Shown here: positions 1-15,625 of the stretch, in pieces | Numbering within the stretch: position 1 is the first letter of the stretch | Layout of the letters: each line of letters starts with the position of its first letter | DNA from: the human T2T-CHM13v2.0 reference genome, Homo sapiens | Reading direction: 5' to 3' (one strand) | Length of the DNA stretch: 64,000 nt | Assembly (NCBI RefSeq): GCF_009914755.1 | Contig: NC_060925.1 | Translations under genes and position numbers: made by a program | Notes under the pieces: generated by a model | Seen by the model: the letters and a program-made list of their open reading frames with translations, nothing else | What the model was told of the DNA's origin: nothing | Database searches by the model: none

Positions 1-168
1 TTCATAGTTTTAAGTTTTTCATTTAAGTCTTTAATCCATTTTGAGTTGTTTTTTGTGTATGGTGAAAGGAAGGGGTCCAGTTTCAATCTTTTGCATATGG
101 CTAACCAGCTATCCCAGCACCATTTATTGAATATGGAGTCTTTCCCTATTGCTTCTTATTGTCAACTT
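1..168 (-). mobile_element. L1 ORF2 fragment (L1PB/L1PA-old like), cut by the window edge
   Basis: Similar to the L1 segment at ~5510-5670 (aaggaaggggtccagtttca...catttatt...tcttttccc). Confidence 0.8.
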
Positions 169-1674
169 TCTCTCTTGTCTTCATTTGGTTTGCTGATTTG
201 CTTTGTTTCATGTTTGGTGATAATGCCATATTCCCATTCAAGATGGATGTTCTTCCTAAATAAAGGATTTTTTAAATCCTTTTTTTTTTTTTTTGCCTTG
301 TTAGTGACATGCTACAGAAAATAAACAGGGTAATTCTGATTTGTGATTGGACAGCCTTTGAATTAAAGGAGTACATATGGCTTTGGGGGGCTTAATATAT
401 TGTAAAGACTGAGTTACTCTTGAGATTCTCTGTAAGTTTTTCAAACTGTAAAGTGGCTGACATTTGAAAGTATTATATGTAACATCCAGCATCATGTCTG
501 CTGCATAGTATATACTAATTAGGAGAATTTGATGAACAAATGGAGAAGTTTTCCTCCCAGGAGCATGCTTACAAAGGAAACATTTTTTTTTTTTTTTTTT
601 TGCCTTGCCTAGGTAGCACATAGCCCACCTTTAAGTTTTTTTTTTTTTGAGACGGAATTAAGTTTTTAAATGATTTTTATATGTGTTATTTCATGTCCTC
701 ATAACAAGTTGTTGTGCAACCATATATATTATACCTCTCAAGTCAAGTATTATGTTATGAATGCCTTGTACAAGTGTTGAGGGAACCGAGTTGGAATGTG
801 AATAACTAACCCAGTGTGGTCTATCTTCTGCCAGTAACAGTTTCATTGCACAATCTTCCTTACTGGAGGTCAGTCACCTTACCCCACTGACTTGGCCCCT
901 CTTGGAGTATCTCCTTTTTACTTTTGGAAGGTTCTCAGAACTTTCTCAATAATATTTCAAATTGCCATGTTTTGGCCAGGTGTTTTCAGTTGTGTAAATC
1001 TTAAACCCATTTCTGGAAGATGTTCTCAGTCCTGGTCTCACCTATTCAATAAACTTAAAGTTTCTGCTATGAGTTAAGTGCTCTGTTAATTTTGGTGGGG
1101 AAAGCACAAACAGACCTATTGTTAAGGCACACTCTCAAACTTTGTCTGGAAGACCTTTTGGAATACTTCACCTATATCTCATAGTTTTATTATTTCTGGT
1201 TTCTCAATACTTACTCATTTGTACCCCACTTGTTTCCTATGTTGTATATAAAATGACCCTGTCCTTTATATTTTTTATCTCCTGCATCCTAGTTCTCTAA
1301 GTTTTACTTCCTGAAAGCAATCAAATGCAACTAACATTGGGTTTCATTTGAGTTAGACCTGTAGAGTGCTTGGGCTAGAAAGGCTCTCAGGGAGCACTTT
1401 GCAGTTAAAATGAAGCCACCCCCACCCGCCCCCACTCTCTGCCTCCCCAGGGTAGTCTTGACCAAGACCTAGAGACAGTGAGGGGTAGATTAGGGCCAGA
1501 ATCCAGGCCCCTGACTCCTAGTCAGTACCCTATGTCTACCTATCCTTGTCCGGTGAACCTTTTGATATTTGATTTCCATCCTTGTTATCCCTTTTTCTTT
1601 ATTTGATGCTAAGCTATTGTCATCATTCCTCATTAGATCCAATTACAGAGGCTTGGAGGCCAGTAAGAACCAAG

Positions 1675-1997
<323 letters not shown>

Positions 1998-3931
1998 AGA
2001 GCCAAGTTTTTTAAGGGATGGCTTCATGTCTGAGTTTTGGCCTTTCACACTGACTTGCTATGGCTGGTAGCAAGGTGATGAGGCTCTTTTAATCTTCATA
2101 GATATCCAGATAATACAGCTTGGATCACTGATAGTAGGAATTACAAGGCCCTCCTAATCCAGTGAGGACATGGTGTTCAGAGGCCAAGACATGGTGGGGA
2201 TGCTTGCAGCACCTTCATGTGAAGAGTTTCCCTGCATGGAGGTGTTTGGAAAACAGGCTTGTGGGTGAGGGGCAAAGAGAGTTCTAAAAAGACTGCATTG
2301 ACCTTTTGGATTTTTCTGTAGCTCACCTCAAAGACAGGCAGAGATCCTGGGTGACATGTGGTGCCAATTTTTATTGTATTCCTACTGGCTCTGTAGATAT
2401 TGTCTTTTGTTATGTCCTTGGCAAGAGAAATGTGATTGATGTGATTGGGAACATGAGACTGGTGGGGTGGGGGTGGTTCTCAAGCTCCCCATAATTCACA
2501 GATTTCAAGAGAGGAGCACAGAAGGACTTCATTTGAAGGGAGGAATGAACCATCTAACCTCCAGTGGCAGATGGGAGCCGAGACCCTGGAGTCATTGGGG
2601 CAGCAGTTGCCTGAGCAAGGGGAATAACAGCAGTTTCCCACCAAAAGTCTTCTATTGGGATTTTCATGTTTTCTGTCCTGCCTTTTAATGTTTTTTAATG
2701 AACAATAGGATCTATGACTCTTTATGCCTTGGGGAGTCACTCAGGACAAGTTTCATACCCCCACTTGGAGTTGGGATTATTATTTACTGATTTAGACAGC
2801 TTGGGGGGCTGTCACCACACTTCTTCTGTCTTGTCCAGTTCACCCCTCAGCTGGCTAAGTCTGAGAAGGTGTTACACGCACAGCTCAGGAAGAAGGCATA
2901 CCTAAGTTTCTAACTAAGTGAATGCAAGGCAGCTGGGTCTGAGAGCCCCAGAGGCTCACCTCTGCACATGGTGAGGGAAAAATAAAGATGGCTTCTGAGT
3001 GATTTTATGACTTTTGAAAGAAGGGGCATTGGGACAAATAAAAGGATACAGCCAATGGACACGCAGTTCTTTGGACTGGAAGAAAAATTATAACCTGTTT
3101 GCTTTTAGGGTCATTGTATTCATCTACAATAGTATATGGTTTGTTACAGATTCCAGGGCATTTTCCATATATATATTTTATTTTTTTTCCTACTATAACT
3201 TTAAAAGACATTATTTCCCCCATTATTTCAATTAATAAACAAAGGCTTATTGATGATTTAACTAGAATCACATAGAATATGCCAGAGTCAGAACTTGAAA
3301 CCACCTTTATTCCTTCTGGCTCAGTGTTTTTTCTCTTATTATTCAATATAACTCAATTCCCTCATAACCATGAAGCATTGTGTTTTCGTGACTTATGGTT
3401 CATTGACTTCCAAACATCATTTTGTCTGAAATATTTCATATACACAAAAGAATATATATATATTACATATGGTTTGTTCCATATATGTGGGACAAATGAA
3501 AATGAAATGAGTATCTGGGCACTAACAATAAAGCTTAAGTGATAGAACATTACTGATGCCAGGGAAACCCAATTGCCTTTCCTGCAACTCTCGCCCTCCC
3601 ACTCAAGGGTAGTATTTATTATCCCTTTGCTTATCATTTAGTTTTACCACTTGTGTATATTTCCCTATGCAATATATCGCTAAATGTTATATGAATTGTA
3701 AAATACAGTGTATGTTTTTATAGAGGTTGGTTCATTCACTTCACTTTCGCTGCTGTGCAGAATTCTACACAGCAGAAGTGTAAGTGTATTGCAAGTTATC
3801 CCCTCTCCACTTCTAGAATTTTGCTAATGCAAGTGACATTGCTATGAAGATTCTGGAAATTTTCTGGGGCTATAGGACATTTGCATGCTTAACTCTGCAA
3901 GATAATGCCCAATTGCTCTTTTCCCCTATCC

Positions 3932-4397
3932 TTTTTAAGTTATAATTGACAAAATTTTTACATATTTACAAGGTACAAAGTGATGTTTTGATATATGTAT
4001 ATATTGTGAAATGTTTAAATCAAGCTAATTAGTCTATCACCTCAAATACTTATCATTTATTTGTGGTAAGAACATTTGCTATCTACTCTCAGTAATTGTC
4101 AAATATACAATACATTGGTATTAATTAGTCACCATGCTATATAATAGACCTCCAGAATTTATCCTGTTTAACTGCAATTTTTACCATTTGGCTAACATCT
4201 CTCCATTTCCCCTTCCCACTCCAGCACCTGGTAACCAGCAGGTGCTGCTGGTCTACTCCTTGCTTCTATGAGTTCTACTTTTTTAGATTCCACATATAAA
4301 TGAGATAATGCAATATTTGTCTTCTTGTGCTTAGCTTATTCTATTTAGCATAATGTCTTTGAGGTTCACTTATGTTGTCATGAATGACAGAATTTTG
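3932..4397 (-). mobile_element. Old L1MA-type 3' end
   Basis: Typical reverse L1M 3' UTR (tttttagattccacatataaatgagataatgcaatatttgtc). Confidence 0.75.
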
Positions 4398-4398
4398 A

Positions 4399-6250
<1,852 letters not shown>

Positions 6251-6965
6251 TCTAGTTTTTTTTAATCAAGTATTTTGGATTTTCTACATAGACGACTTCT
6301 TTAAATTTCTTAGGCTTCTTTAAAGACTTTATCTTGGTGTTATGGAGTTTACTCTAATGGTGCTAGTTATGGGTTTCCTTTTAGCTATCCTGCTTTTATA
6401 TGCATTGTGCTCACTGCATCTATGTATCTGAATATTTCATTCTTGAAAAATCAAATATTATCTTTTCAAATATTTTCTCTCATCATTTGTCTCTTCTCAT
6501 TTTATGAAACTCTGACTTGACTTATTTAAGATCTTCAACCTAACATTTCTATTAGCCTCACTTTCAGTTTTCTCATCTCTTTATTTCTATGCACTGCATT
6601 AAAAATATATATGTGTATATATATATTTATTTAGTTCTTTGATTTTATTTATCAGAGTTTTGTAGTTTTCCTTATGTAGATATTGTACATATTTGGTCAG
6701 ATTTTTACTTATTTAATTTTTTTAGGTACTACATTTTACATACATTTTCTGTTCTGCTATCTGCTCTGTCCTGTAACCTATCTTTGAAATTTAAATTTTA
6801 AAGAAAAAACAACACAAATGATCAAAATCTGGAATGAAAAGGGTGGCATCACTATAGATCCTACAGAAATCAGATAATTAAGGTTATATTATGAATAATG
6901 TTGTGCCAGTAAATTCAATAACTTGGATAAAATGGCAAGTTTCTTGAAAACCAAAATACCAAAAC

Positions 6966-9214
6966 ATTGCCAAAAAACCATATGATCATCTTAATAGATA
7001 CAGAAAAAGCCTTTGATAAAATCCAACATTGCTTTATAATAAAAACCCTCAACAAACTAGACATCAAAGAAACATACCTCAAAATAATAAGAGCCAGCTG
7101 TGACAAACTCACAGCCAACATCATACTGAATGGGCAAAAGCTGGAAGCATTCCTCTTGAGAACTGATACAAGACAAGGATGCCCACTCTCACCACTTCTA
7201 CTGAACATACTACTGGAAGTCCTACCTGGAATAATCAGGTAAGAGAAAGAAATGAAAGGTATTCAAATAGGAAAAGAAGTCAAACTATCTCTCTTTGCTA
7301 ACAATAACAATTCTACATCTAGAAAACTCTAAAGACTTCACGAAAAGTTTCCTGGAACTGATGAACAACTTCAGTGAAGTTTCAGGATACAAAATCAATA
7401 TAAAATTCAGTAGCATTTCTATACATCAGTAGTGTTCAAACTGAGAGCCAAATCGAGAACACAATCCCCTTTACAATGGCCACAAAAAATAAATACCTAG
7501 GAATACATCTGCCAAGGAGATGAAAGATCTCTACCAACAAGAAAAACTATAAAACACTGCTGAAAGAAATCATAGATGACACAAAAAACTGGAAAAATAT
7601 TTTATGCTCATGAATTGGAAGAGTCAGTATTGTTAAAATGGCCATACTGCCCAAAGCAACACTATTTCAATCAAACTACAAATGTCACTTTTCACAGAAT
7701 TAGAAAAAACTATTCTAAAATTTACATGGAGCTAAAAAAGGGCCCAAATAGCCAAAGCAATCCTAAGTAGCAGGAACAAAGCCAGTGACATCACACTACC
7801 TGATTTCAAACTATATTATAAGACTACAGTAACCCAAACAGCATGGTCTTGGTACAGAAACAGAAACATAGACCAATGAAACAGAATAGGGAACCCAGGC
7901 ATAAGGCTGCAAACCTACAGCCATCTGATCTTCAACAAAGTTGACAGAATTAAGCAATGGGGAAAGGAATCCCTGCTCAATAAACAATGCTGGGATAGCT
8001 GGTTAGCTAGATGCAGAAAAATGAAACTGGACCCTTACCTCTCAATATATGCAAACATTAAGATGAATTAAAAATTTGAATATAAGACCTCAAACTATGA
8101 GAATCCAAGAAGTACACCTAGGAAACACCATTTTGGACATCAGCCTTGAGAAGGATTTATGACTAAGTCCTCAAAAGCAATTGCAATAAAAAACAATTGA
8201 CAAGTGGGACCTAATTAAACTAAAGAGCTCTGTATGGCAAAAGAAGTTATCAACAGAGTAAACAGACAACCTACAGAATGAGAATGCAAAATATTTGCAA
8301 ACTATGCATCCAACAAAGGTCTAATATCCAGAATCTCTAGGAACATAAACAATTCAACAAGCAAAAAACAAACAACCCCATTAAAAAATGGGCAAAGGAC
8401 ATGAAAAGCACTTTTTAAAAGATACACAAGCAACCAACAAATGTGAAAAAAATGCTCAACATTGCTAATTATTGGAGAAATACAAATCAAAACCGCAATG
8501 AGATACCATCTCACACCAGTCAGAATGGCTATCTAAAGCAAAAAAAAAAAAAAAAACACAACAGATGCTAGCAAGGCTGCAGAGAGAAGGGAATGCTTAT
8601 ACTCTGTTGGTGGTAATGTAAATTAGTTCAGCCCCTGTGGAAAGCAGTTTGGAGATTTCTCAAAGAATTTAAAACAAAACTAGCATTCGACCCAGCAATC
8701 CCATTACTGGGTATATAATTCCAAAGAAAATAAATTGTTCTACCCAAATGACACATGCACTTATATGTTCATTGCAGCACTATTTACAACAGCAAAGACA
8801 TGGAGTCAATCTAGATGCCCATCAATGGTGGATTGGATAAAGAAAATGTGGTACATATACACCATGGAATACTATATATCCATAAAAAGGAATGACATCA
8901 TCTCCTTTGGAGCAACATGAATGCAGCTGGAGGCCATTAACTTAAGTGAATTAATGCAGGAACAGAAAACCAAATATCAAATGTTCTCACTTATAAGTGG
9001 GAGCTAAATAATTGGGCACTCATGGACATAAAGATGGCAACAATAGACACGGGGTACTACTGGAGGTGGTAGAGGGTTGAAAAACTGTTGGGCACTATAG
9101 TCACTACCTGGGCAACAGGATCATTCATATCCCACACTTCAGCATCACACAATATACTCATGTAACAAATCTGCACATGTACCCTCTGAATCTAAAATAA
9201 AAGTTGAAATAAAG
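6966..9214 (+). mobile_element. 5'-truncated L1PB-like element: RT region to 3' end, disrupted
   Basis: ORF 6967..7242 is an L1 RT fragment ([12 protein letters not shown]...[11 protein letters not shown]); ends aataaaagttgaaataaa; degenerate TSD aaaataccaaaac / aaattaccaaaac. Confidence 0.92.
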
Positions 9215-9777
9215 AAAATTACCAAAACTAAGAGAAGAAATTTAAAATCTAAATAAACACAGATCTGTTAAAGGAATTTAATTCATATTCTAAAACTTCC
9301 CACAAAGAAAACTGTAGGCCACATTGTTTTACCAGTCAATTCTACCAAACGTTAAGGAAGAAATAATGCTGATCCTTCACAAACCCCTTTAGGATATGAG
9401 GCAAGGGGAAAAACACTTCTCAACTCATTTGATGTGATCAGCATAACCCCATTACTTAAACCTGACAAATATGTAATGAGAAAATAACAATGTCCATTGT
9501 GAATGTAAATGCAAATTTCCTTGAAAATATTATTAAATCTGGCAAAATATAAAGGATAATATGTCATTACCACGTGATGTTTAATTCGTGAATGCAATGT
9601 TGATTTAGCATTTGAAAATCAGTCAAGTTAATGTACTACATTAGCAGTAAAAGAGGGAGAAAGCATACAGCACCTTAATATGTGCAAAAATAACTTAAAA
9701 CTTACTAGTCCTTTATAATAAAGACTTGCAGTAAATTAATAATAGAAAAGAACTTTCTCAGTCTGATGAAATGGCAT

Positions 9778-10149
9778 TGCTATTGTTTGAATGTGTTTTC
9801 CAAAGTTTATGTGTTATAATCCCCAGTGCAACAGAGTTGAGAGGTGGGACCCTTAAGAGGTGATTAGGTCATGACAGCTCTGCCCTCGTGAATGGATTAA
9901 TGCCATTATTGTGGGAGTGGGTTCTTGATAAAAGGATGAATTCATCCCACTTTCCCATGCTCTGTTGCATAGGCTTTGCCATTACACCCTTCTGCCATGA
10001 GATGATGCAGCAAGAAGGCCCTTGCAAGATACAACCCGTTGATCTTGGACTTCTCAGCCACCAGAACAATGAGCCATGTTAATTTTGGTTTATTGTAAAT
10101 TACCCAGTCTCAAGTATTCTGTTATAGTGGCACAAAATAGCTTGGGACA
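9778..10149 (+). mobile_element. ERVL-MaLR solo LTR (MST family)
   Basis: TG...CA termini, MST-like body, exact 5-bp TSD GGCAT at 9773-9777 and 10150-10154. Confidence 0.9.
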
Positions 10150-11088
10150 GGCATCTATAAAAAACCTACAGCCAGCATCATACTTAATGAAATATTAATC
10201 CCTCTTCCCTGTAATCTGGAAATGGGCAAGGACTTTCACTTTTACCACTTGTCTTTAATGTTGTTATGTAAATCTGAGCCATATTAATAAGGAAAGGAAA
10301 GAAAATAAAGGGTACATAAATTGGAAAGGAAAAAATAAAAACCAATTTTTTCACAGATAACATGATTATGTATTTTGAAAATCTAACAGTAGACTCTAAA
10401 CTACAAGAGCTAATTAAGTGAATTCAGCCAGGTCACAGGATACAAGGTCAACATACAAAAATTAATTGGGTTATATATGCTTGCAATGACCAAGTTAAAT
10501 TTAAATTTAAATTAACTAAAAATGGATGTTAAATATTTAAGGAATAACAAAAAAATCAATTATCTAGAAATAAATCTGACAAAAGATGTCAAGACCTTTC
10601 TACTGAAAACTACAGAACATTGCTGAAGTAAATTAGTCTTTTGAAAAATGGAGAGACATGGTATCTTTATGGATTGAAAAACTTAATATTATTAAGATAT
10701 CCATTATCTCTAAATCAATATGGAGATTAAATAAAATCCCCATCAAAATTCTAGCAGGTTAATTTGAAGAACTAGACAGATGATTCAAAACTTGATATGG
10801 AAAGGCAAAGGCTTTAGAGAACCCAGAACAATTCTAAAAAGAGAACAAAATTGTAGGACTTATTACACTACTTGATTTTAAGATCCACTGTAAAGCTACT
10901 GTAATCAAGACAATATGGTATTGCTGTCAACAGACAAATAGACCACTGGAACAGATTAGAGAGCCCCTCATGTATATTGGTGGTTGATTTGTGGCAAAGA
11001 TGCAAGTTCAATTTAGAGGGGGAAAGGAAAGTCTTTTAATAAATTTTGCTATATCCACTGTATATTCATATTAAAAAAGTGAATCTAC

Positions 11089-11413
<325 letters not shown>

Positions 11414-12951
11414 TTAAAATTAATTTGAGAATATCTTTGCGAATTCAGGCGAGACAAATGTTTCTTGGACAGAATACAATATAAAAAGCATAAACAATGA
11501 AATCAAAACAATTAATAAGTTGGGCTTTGTCAAAATAAACAATTTCTGTTTATCAAAAGATGCCATTAAGAAAATGAATATAAACAAGACACAGACTAGG
11601 AGACAATATTTACATAACATATATCTTTTTTTTTTTTGACCTTGGAGATTTCCATCACTTTTTTGTAAGCTTAGGAATGCATTAATTATCATGCTTGTCA
11701 ATCTAGCACTTGGGTATTTTGTGTAAAAGTTATTTCAGAACACTGGTGTTTTATTCTGCCAGAGTAGAAGTCAGTTCTTTGACTTTTCAGATTCTCTGCA
11801 AAATATAACATTTTTCTGAGCAGCATTAGGTAGAAATATACTATAGTATCATGTGATTACCTTATTTCACACAAACAGAATTATATAACCAAATTCTCTA
11901 TAGTTACCCCTTCAGAAGTAAAGCCTATACTTACTAGTTTCCCAGGGAGGAGTCGTTATTGCAAAGGAGTAGATTAAACCTGTGGGGAAAAAATGTTGGC
12001 CTGGTGTATCTTTTTAGGCATCAGCCTTCCTGTAAGTGGAGCTGTGACCAGGTGTATGTATACACATGTGTATGCATGTACATTTTCATGACTGCAGATG
12101 TAGACACGTGTATGCACAGATAATGTTTGCAGATAAGATGTATTTTCAGATAAGAATGGAGTAATATTTTAACTTGGGTTCATTGTAATGTTTGGATATA
12201 AGATATCTAAAAAAAGATCAGTGTTTATTGGTAGAGCGTGATTACTTGCAAAAGAATTTGACTATTTTATTTATGCTAGTGACAACTAGTGTTTTTCATA
12301 GGAATCCATTTCTAGTAATTACTGTTTGATAATATAAGGGTAATGTGAATTTCCTGCTTCCTGCACATAATAAGAATGTGAATTTAATGCCTTCTTTATA
12401 GCCTCATTTCTCCACTCCATAGAGCAGGATGAGGAAGAGATACTCTGTAGTGGAGTTCAGGGGCTTTTCTGACCTCGGGTCCTATCCTTTCATCTGAGTA
12501 CATCCTCAGAGACAAGAGGCAGAAGAGAATACAGAAGGGGAAAAATAGGATGAAAAAGAATAACAAAAGCAGGGGAGGAAACACACAGGAAGAAAGAAGA
12601 GGAAAATACACTGAAAAGCTGTGGTGAAATGTTGCTGATGTAATCCTAAGGGCCTCAGGTGGCACAGGTCCCCTGGCTTCTATTTGCCTCTCTAGACCTA
12701 TCTGTGGTCAGAAGAACCTTGTTCTGTCAGTACTTAGATGTATGATCTTGAACAGATTCTTAAACATCCTTTGGCTTCATTTAAAAAGTGAGCTAGTATC
12801 AGGTATTTTGTAGTTTTGTGAAAATCAAAGCAGATAGTGCTTACAAACTTCAGCAGAGCATCTGGTACATCATAAACACAAAATAAGTGGTCATTAGTAT
12901 GATGATATCAATACCACATCTTCCAGCTGCAAAAAATGGTTTTGCTCCAGA

Positions 12952-13250
12952 CAGTGCTTTTCAAACTATCCGTGTCGAAGAATTGCTTCTAAACATTACC
13001 AGTCTACTGTGTGTTTATACTTTTGTAAAATGCATTTGTTTATAAAAAGAATTACCTGAAAACTGAAATGAAAAATATAAACAGATATAAAATACAGCCA
13101 TCAATTTTTATTCTTACATTTGGTAGACATCAAATATCTGTAAAATTATTGTAGAAGTTACTAGTGCTTTTAATTTCTGAATTTATCTTATGGACTGGAA
13201 ATAGTTTGCAGATAGGCATTGGTCCATGGTTCACACTTTGACCGATACTT
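12952..13250. mobile_element. Possible hAT-Charlie type DNA transposon remnant
   Basis: Begins cagtgcttttcaaact, ends with cacactttga, AT-rich interior; family not resolved. Confidence 0.35.
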
Positions 13251-14591
13251 CATACACTGCTCTGTGAAGAGCAGATCTACTGTTGCCTATAAATACATAA
13301 GGGTGGACTTTGCTAAGGCAAGGGACTTAGGAGTATTTAGAAGTCTATGCTGGGGTGGGGGTTATGGTCCAAGCTGGAAGCTTCCACCCTCGTGCATGTC
13401 TCTGATGGCTCCAAACTCTGGAGAGTCTGCTTTGAAGGAAATCTTCACATAAAAGGTCCTATGTAAAAATGTCTTCTCCTGAAGGTGGTAGAGTTATTTA
13501 GAATCTATGAGGTGAACAGCTAGAGTTCAGAAGTTGTCTAACAGTCTACACGTGTTCAGTAACATAGACTTTATCAAAAGATGCACTCTCCTCCTCTCTA
13601 AACCTCACCAGTATTCCTTCCCTTCCAGTGTTGATTTGTATTATCCTTGATGCAAATGTCTGATTTGAGTTAATATTTCAAGGTCACAAAGTAATAAGAG
13701 TTGTCAACTGACAGTACTTTGTACTTTAAGAGAGCAGCTCCTTAGGAATTTCAGAGTCCACTCTTATCTGTTGAAGATCTACCATACTAGGCGCCATGAC
13801 TGGTGCCTTGGTTCACATGGGCTTGCTGATGCAGCAGCTCAGTGAAGTTGCAGTTTTTATCAATGCCATTTATTAGGAAATTGAACTTCAGAAAGCTTCA
13901 ATAACTTGCCTGTGGTCTGATTCAAAGATAGGTGTAATGAGTCCCAATACAGTTTTTATTTTTACAATACCACAGGTTTAATCGTCTTTCATGGCATTTT
14001 GTCACTGTCATTGTATATGTATTGTACGAATCCTCATGGAAAAGTGCATAGCCTACCACAGCCCTAGGCACTGGAGTCCATGACAGGCCAGCCATCTAGT
14101 AAGAAAATGTCTTTGCTTGTATGTCACCAGCTTTTGTTTCATTTATCTCTAATAGATAAGGATATTTTCAATAAGGTAACAATTAATTGCATTTTAATGA
14201 AGAACTTAGGTTAACTGTAAGACAGGCTTAAAGAAGTTGGTGATTTATTAAATATCCTCAATTTAAGAAAGACTTCTAAGTAAGGGATGATAACGGTCAA
14301 CTTAAATGATACTGAGACTACAGAGGGACAAAGTCTCAATTGCAGCAGAAAATATTTAAGCTGAATATAGTGAAGAATTTCCTGCCATGATGTTGCTTTA
14401 CAGCTTTGGAATAGTCTTGAAAGTTCATATAGAGTGTCAAAGAATAGGTGTACAGCTTGTTTTCAGAAGGTCCTGGTAGAGAATTCTTAGATTGACTACA
14501 TTACCAGTAGATATGATCTGCAGTGGTTGTGACTCATAGAGGTAACCTCCAGAAGAAAGAATATGTACTTCTGAACGTTCTGATGCCTTTA

Positions 14592-15625
14592 TCCATTCAT
14601 GCAACAAATATTGCTTGAATTCCTTCTAGGCACCAGGCATTGTTCTGAGGATATGATGGTGAACATGGCAGAAGAGATCCTTTTATTGTGTAGCTTATAT
14701 TCTTGAGCAAAGACAAAAAACCAAATAGCTGAACAAGGTAGCTTTTAGGGACAGATGTTATTAATGAAATAAACAGGTTAATGTGGTAGAGTGCAGCAGG
14801 TAATGGGGCCATTAATTTTAATTTTGTGATCAGGAAAGTTCTCCCATCCCACGCCAGTGGTCGGGAAGAGAGACAGAGCAGATCTATGGAGGGTCTCATA
14901 GGCCACAATAAAGGGTTTGTATTTTAACAATGAGAAGCCAGCAGAAAGTCTTAAACAGAAGGATAGCATGATGTATTTTGAATTCACAAGTCACCCTGTT
15001 TTCCTGCTATGAAGGAAATAGGGGGATTGGGACAAAGATGGAAATGTGAAGTCAGTAAGGGAGGCTACTGCGCTCTTGCAGCCAACTGAAGGCAAGAAGC
15101 ATCCAGGCAGGAGACAGCAGTAGCCTGGACTAGGGTGACAGCAGTGGGTTTGGAGAAAAGGGGTAAGACTGCCAGGAATTGCTTATGGATTGGGCTGAGG
15201 TTGGGATGAGAAAGGAAGAAGGGAAAATGACCCCTAACTTGGGTGGTTTTGTTTACTGAGGTGGGAGAGACTAGAGGAGGAGAAGTTTGGGGAGAAATCA
15301 CTTGGCCATGTTACATCCGAGATGCCTATTTGACATCCAAGTAGCTGATGTCAAGTTGACAGTTACATAACTGGGTTTCAAGCTCAGTGGTGAATTTGGG
15401 CTGGAGACAAAAATTCGGTAGCTTTCAGCATAGAGATGATGTTGGAAGTCTCCATGGGCCTGTGCAACGTCACCTGGAGGGAGAATGTTTTAGAAGAGAG
15501 GACCTATGCCTGGGCCCTGGGGCACTCCAATGTCTAGAGGAGGAGTGAAGGAGATTGAGAAGAATCAAACAAAAGAGTGGGTGTCATGGAAGCCCAAGAG
15601 AAGAGGCCTCTCCTGGAAGGATAAG
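14592..15625 (-). mobile_element. L2 fragment
   Basis: Reverse L2 3' end (cattcatgcaacaaatatt...caggcattgttct) followed by purine-rich L2 body. Confidence 0.7.

Noticed and set aside
11625-12380. Poly-T followed by unique AT-rich sequence as a processed pseudogene
   Set aside because: No poly(A) signal at the right distance, no TSD and no ORF.
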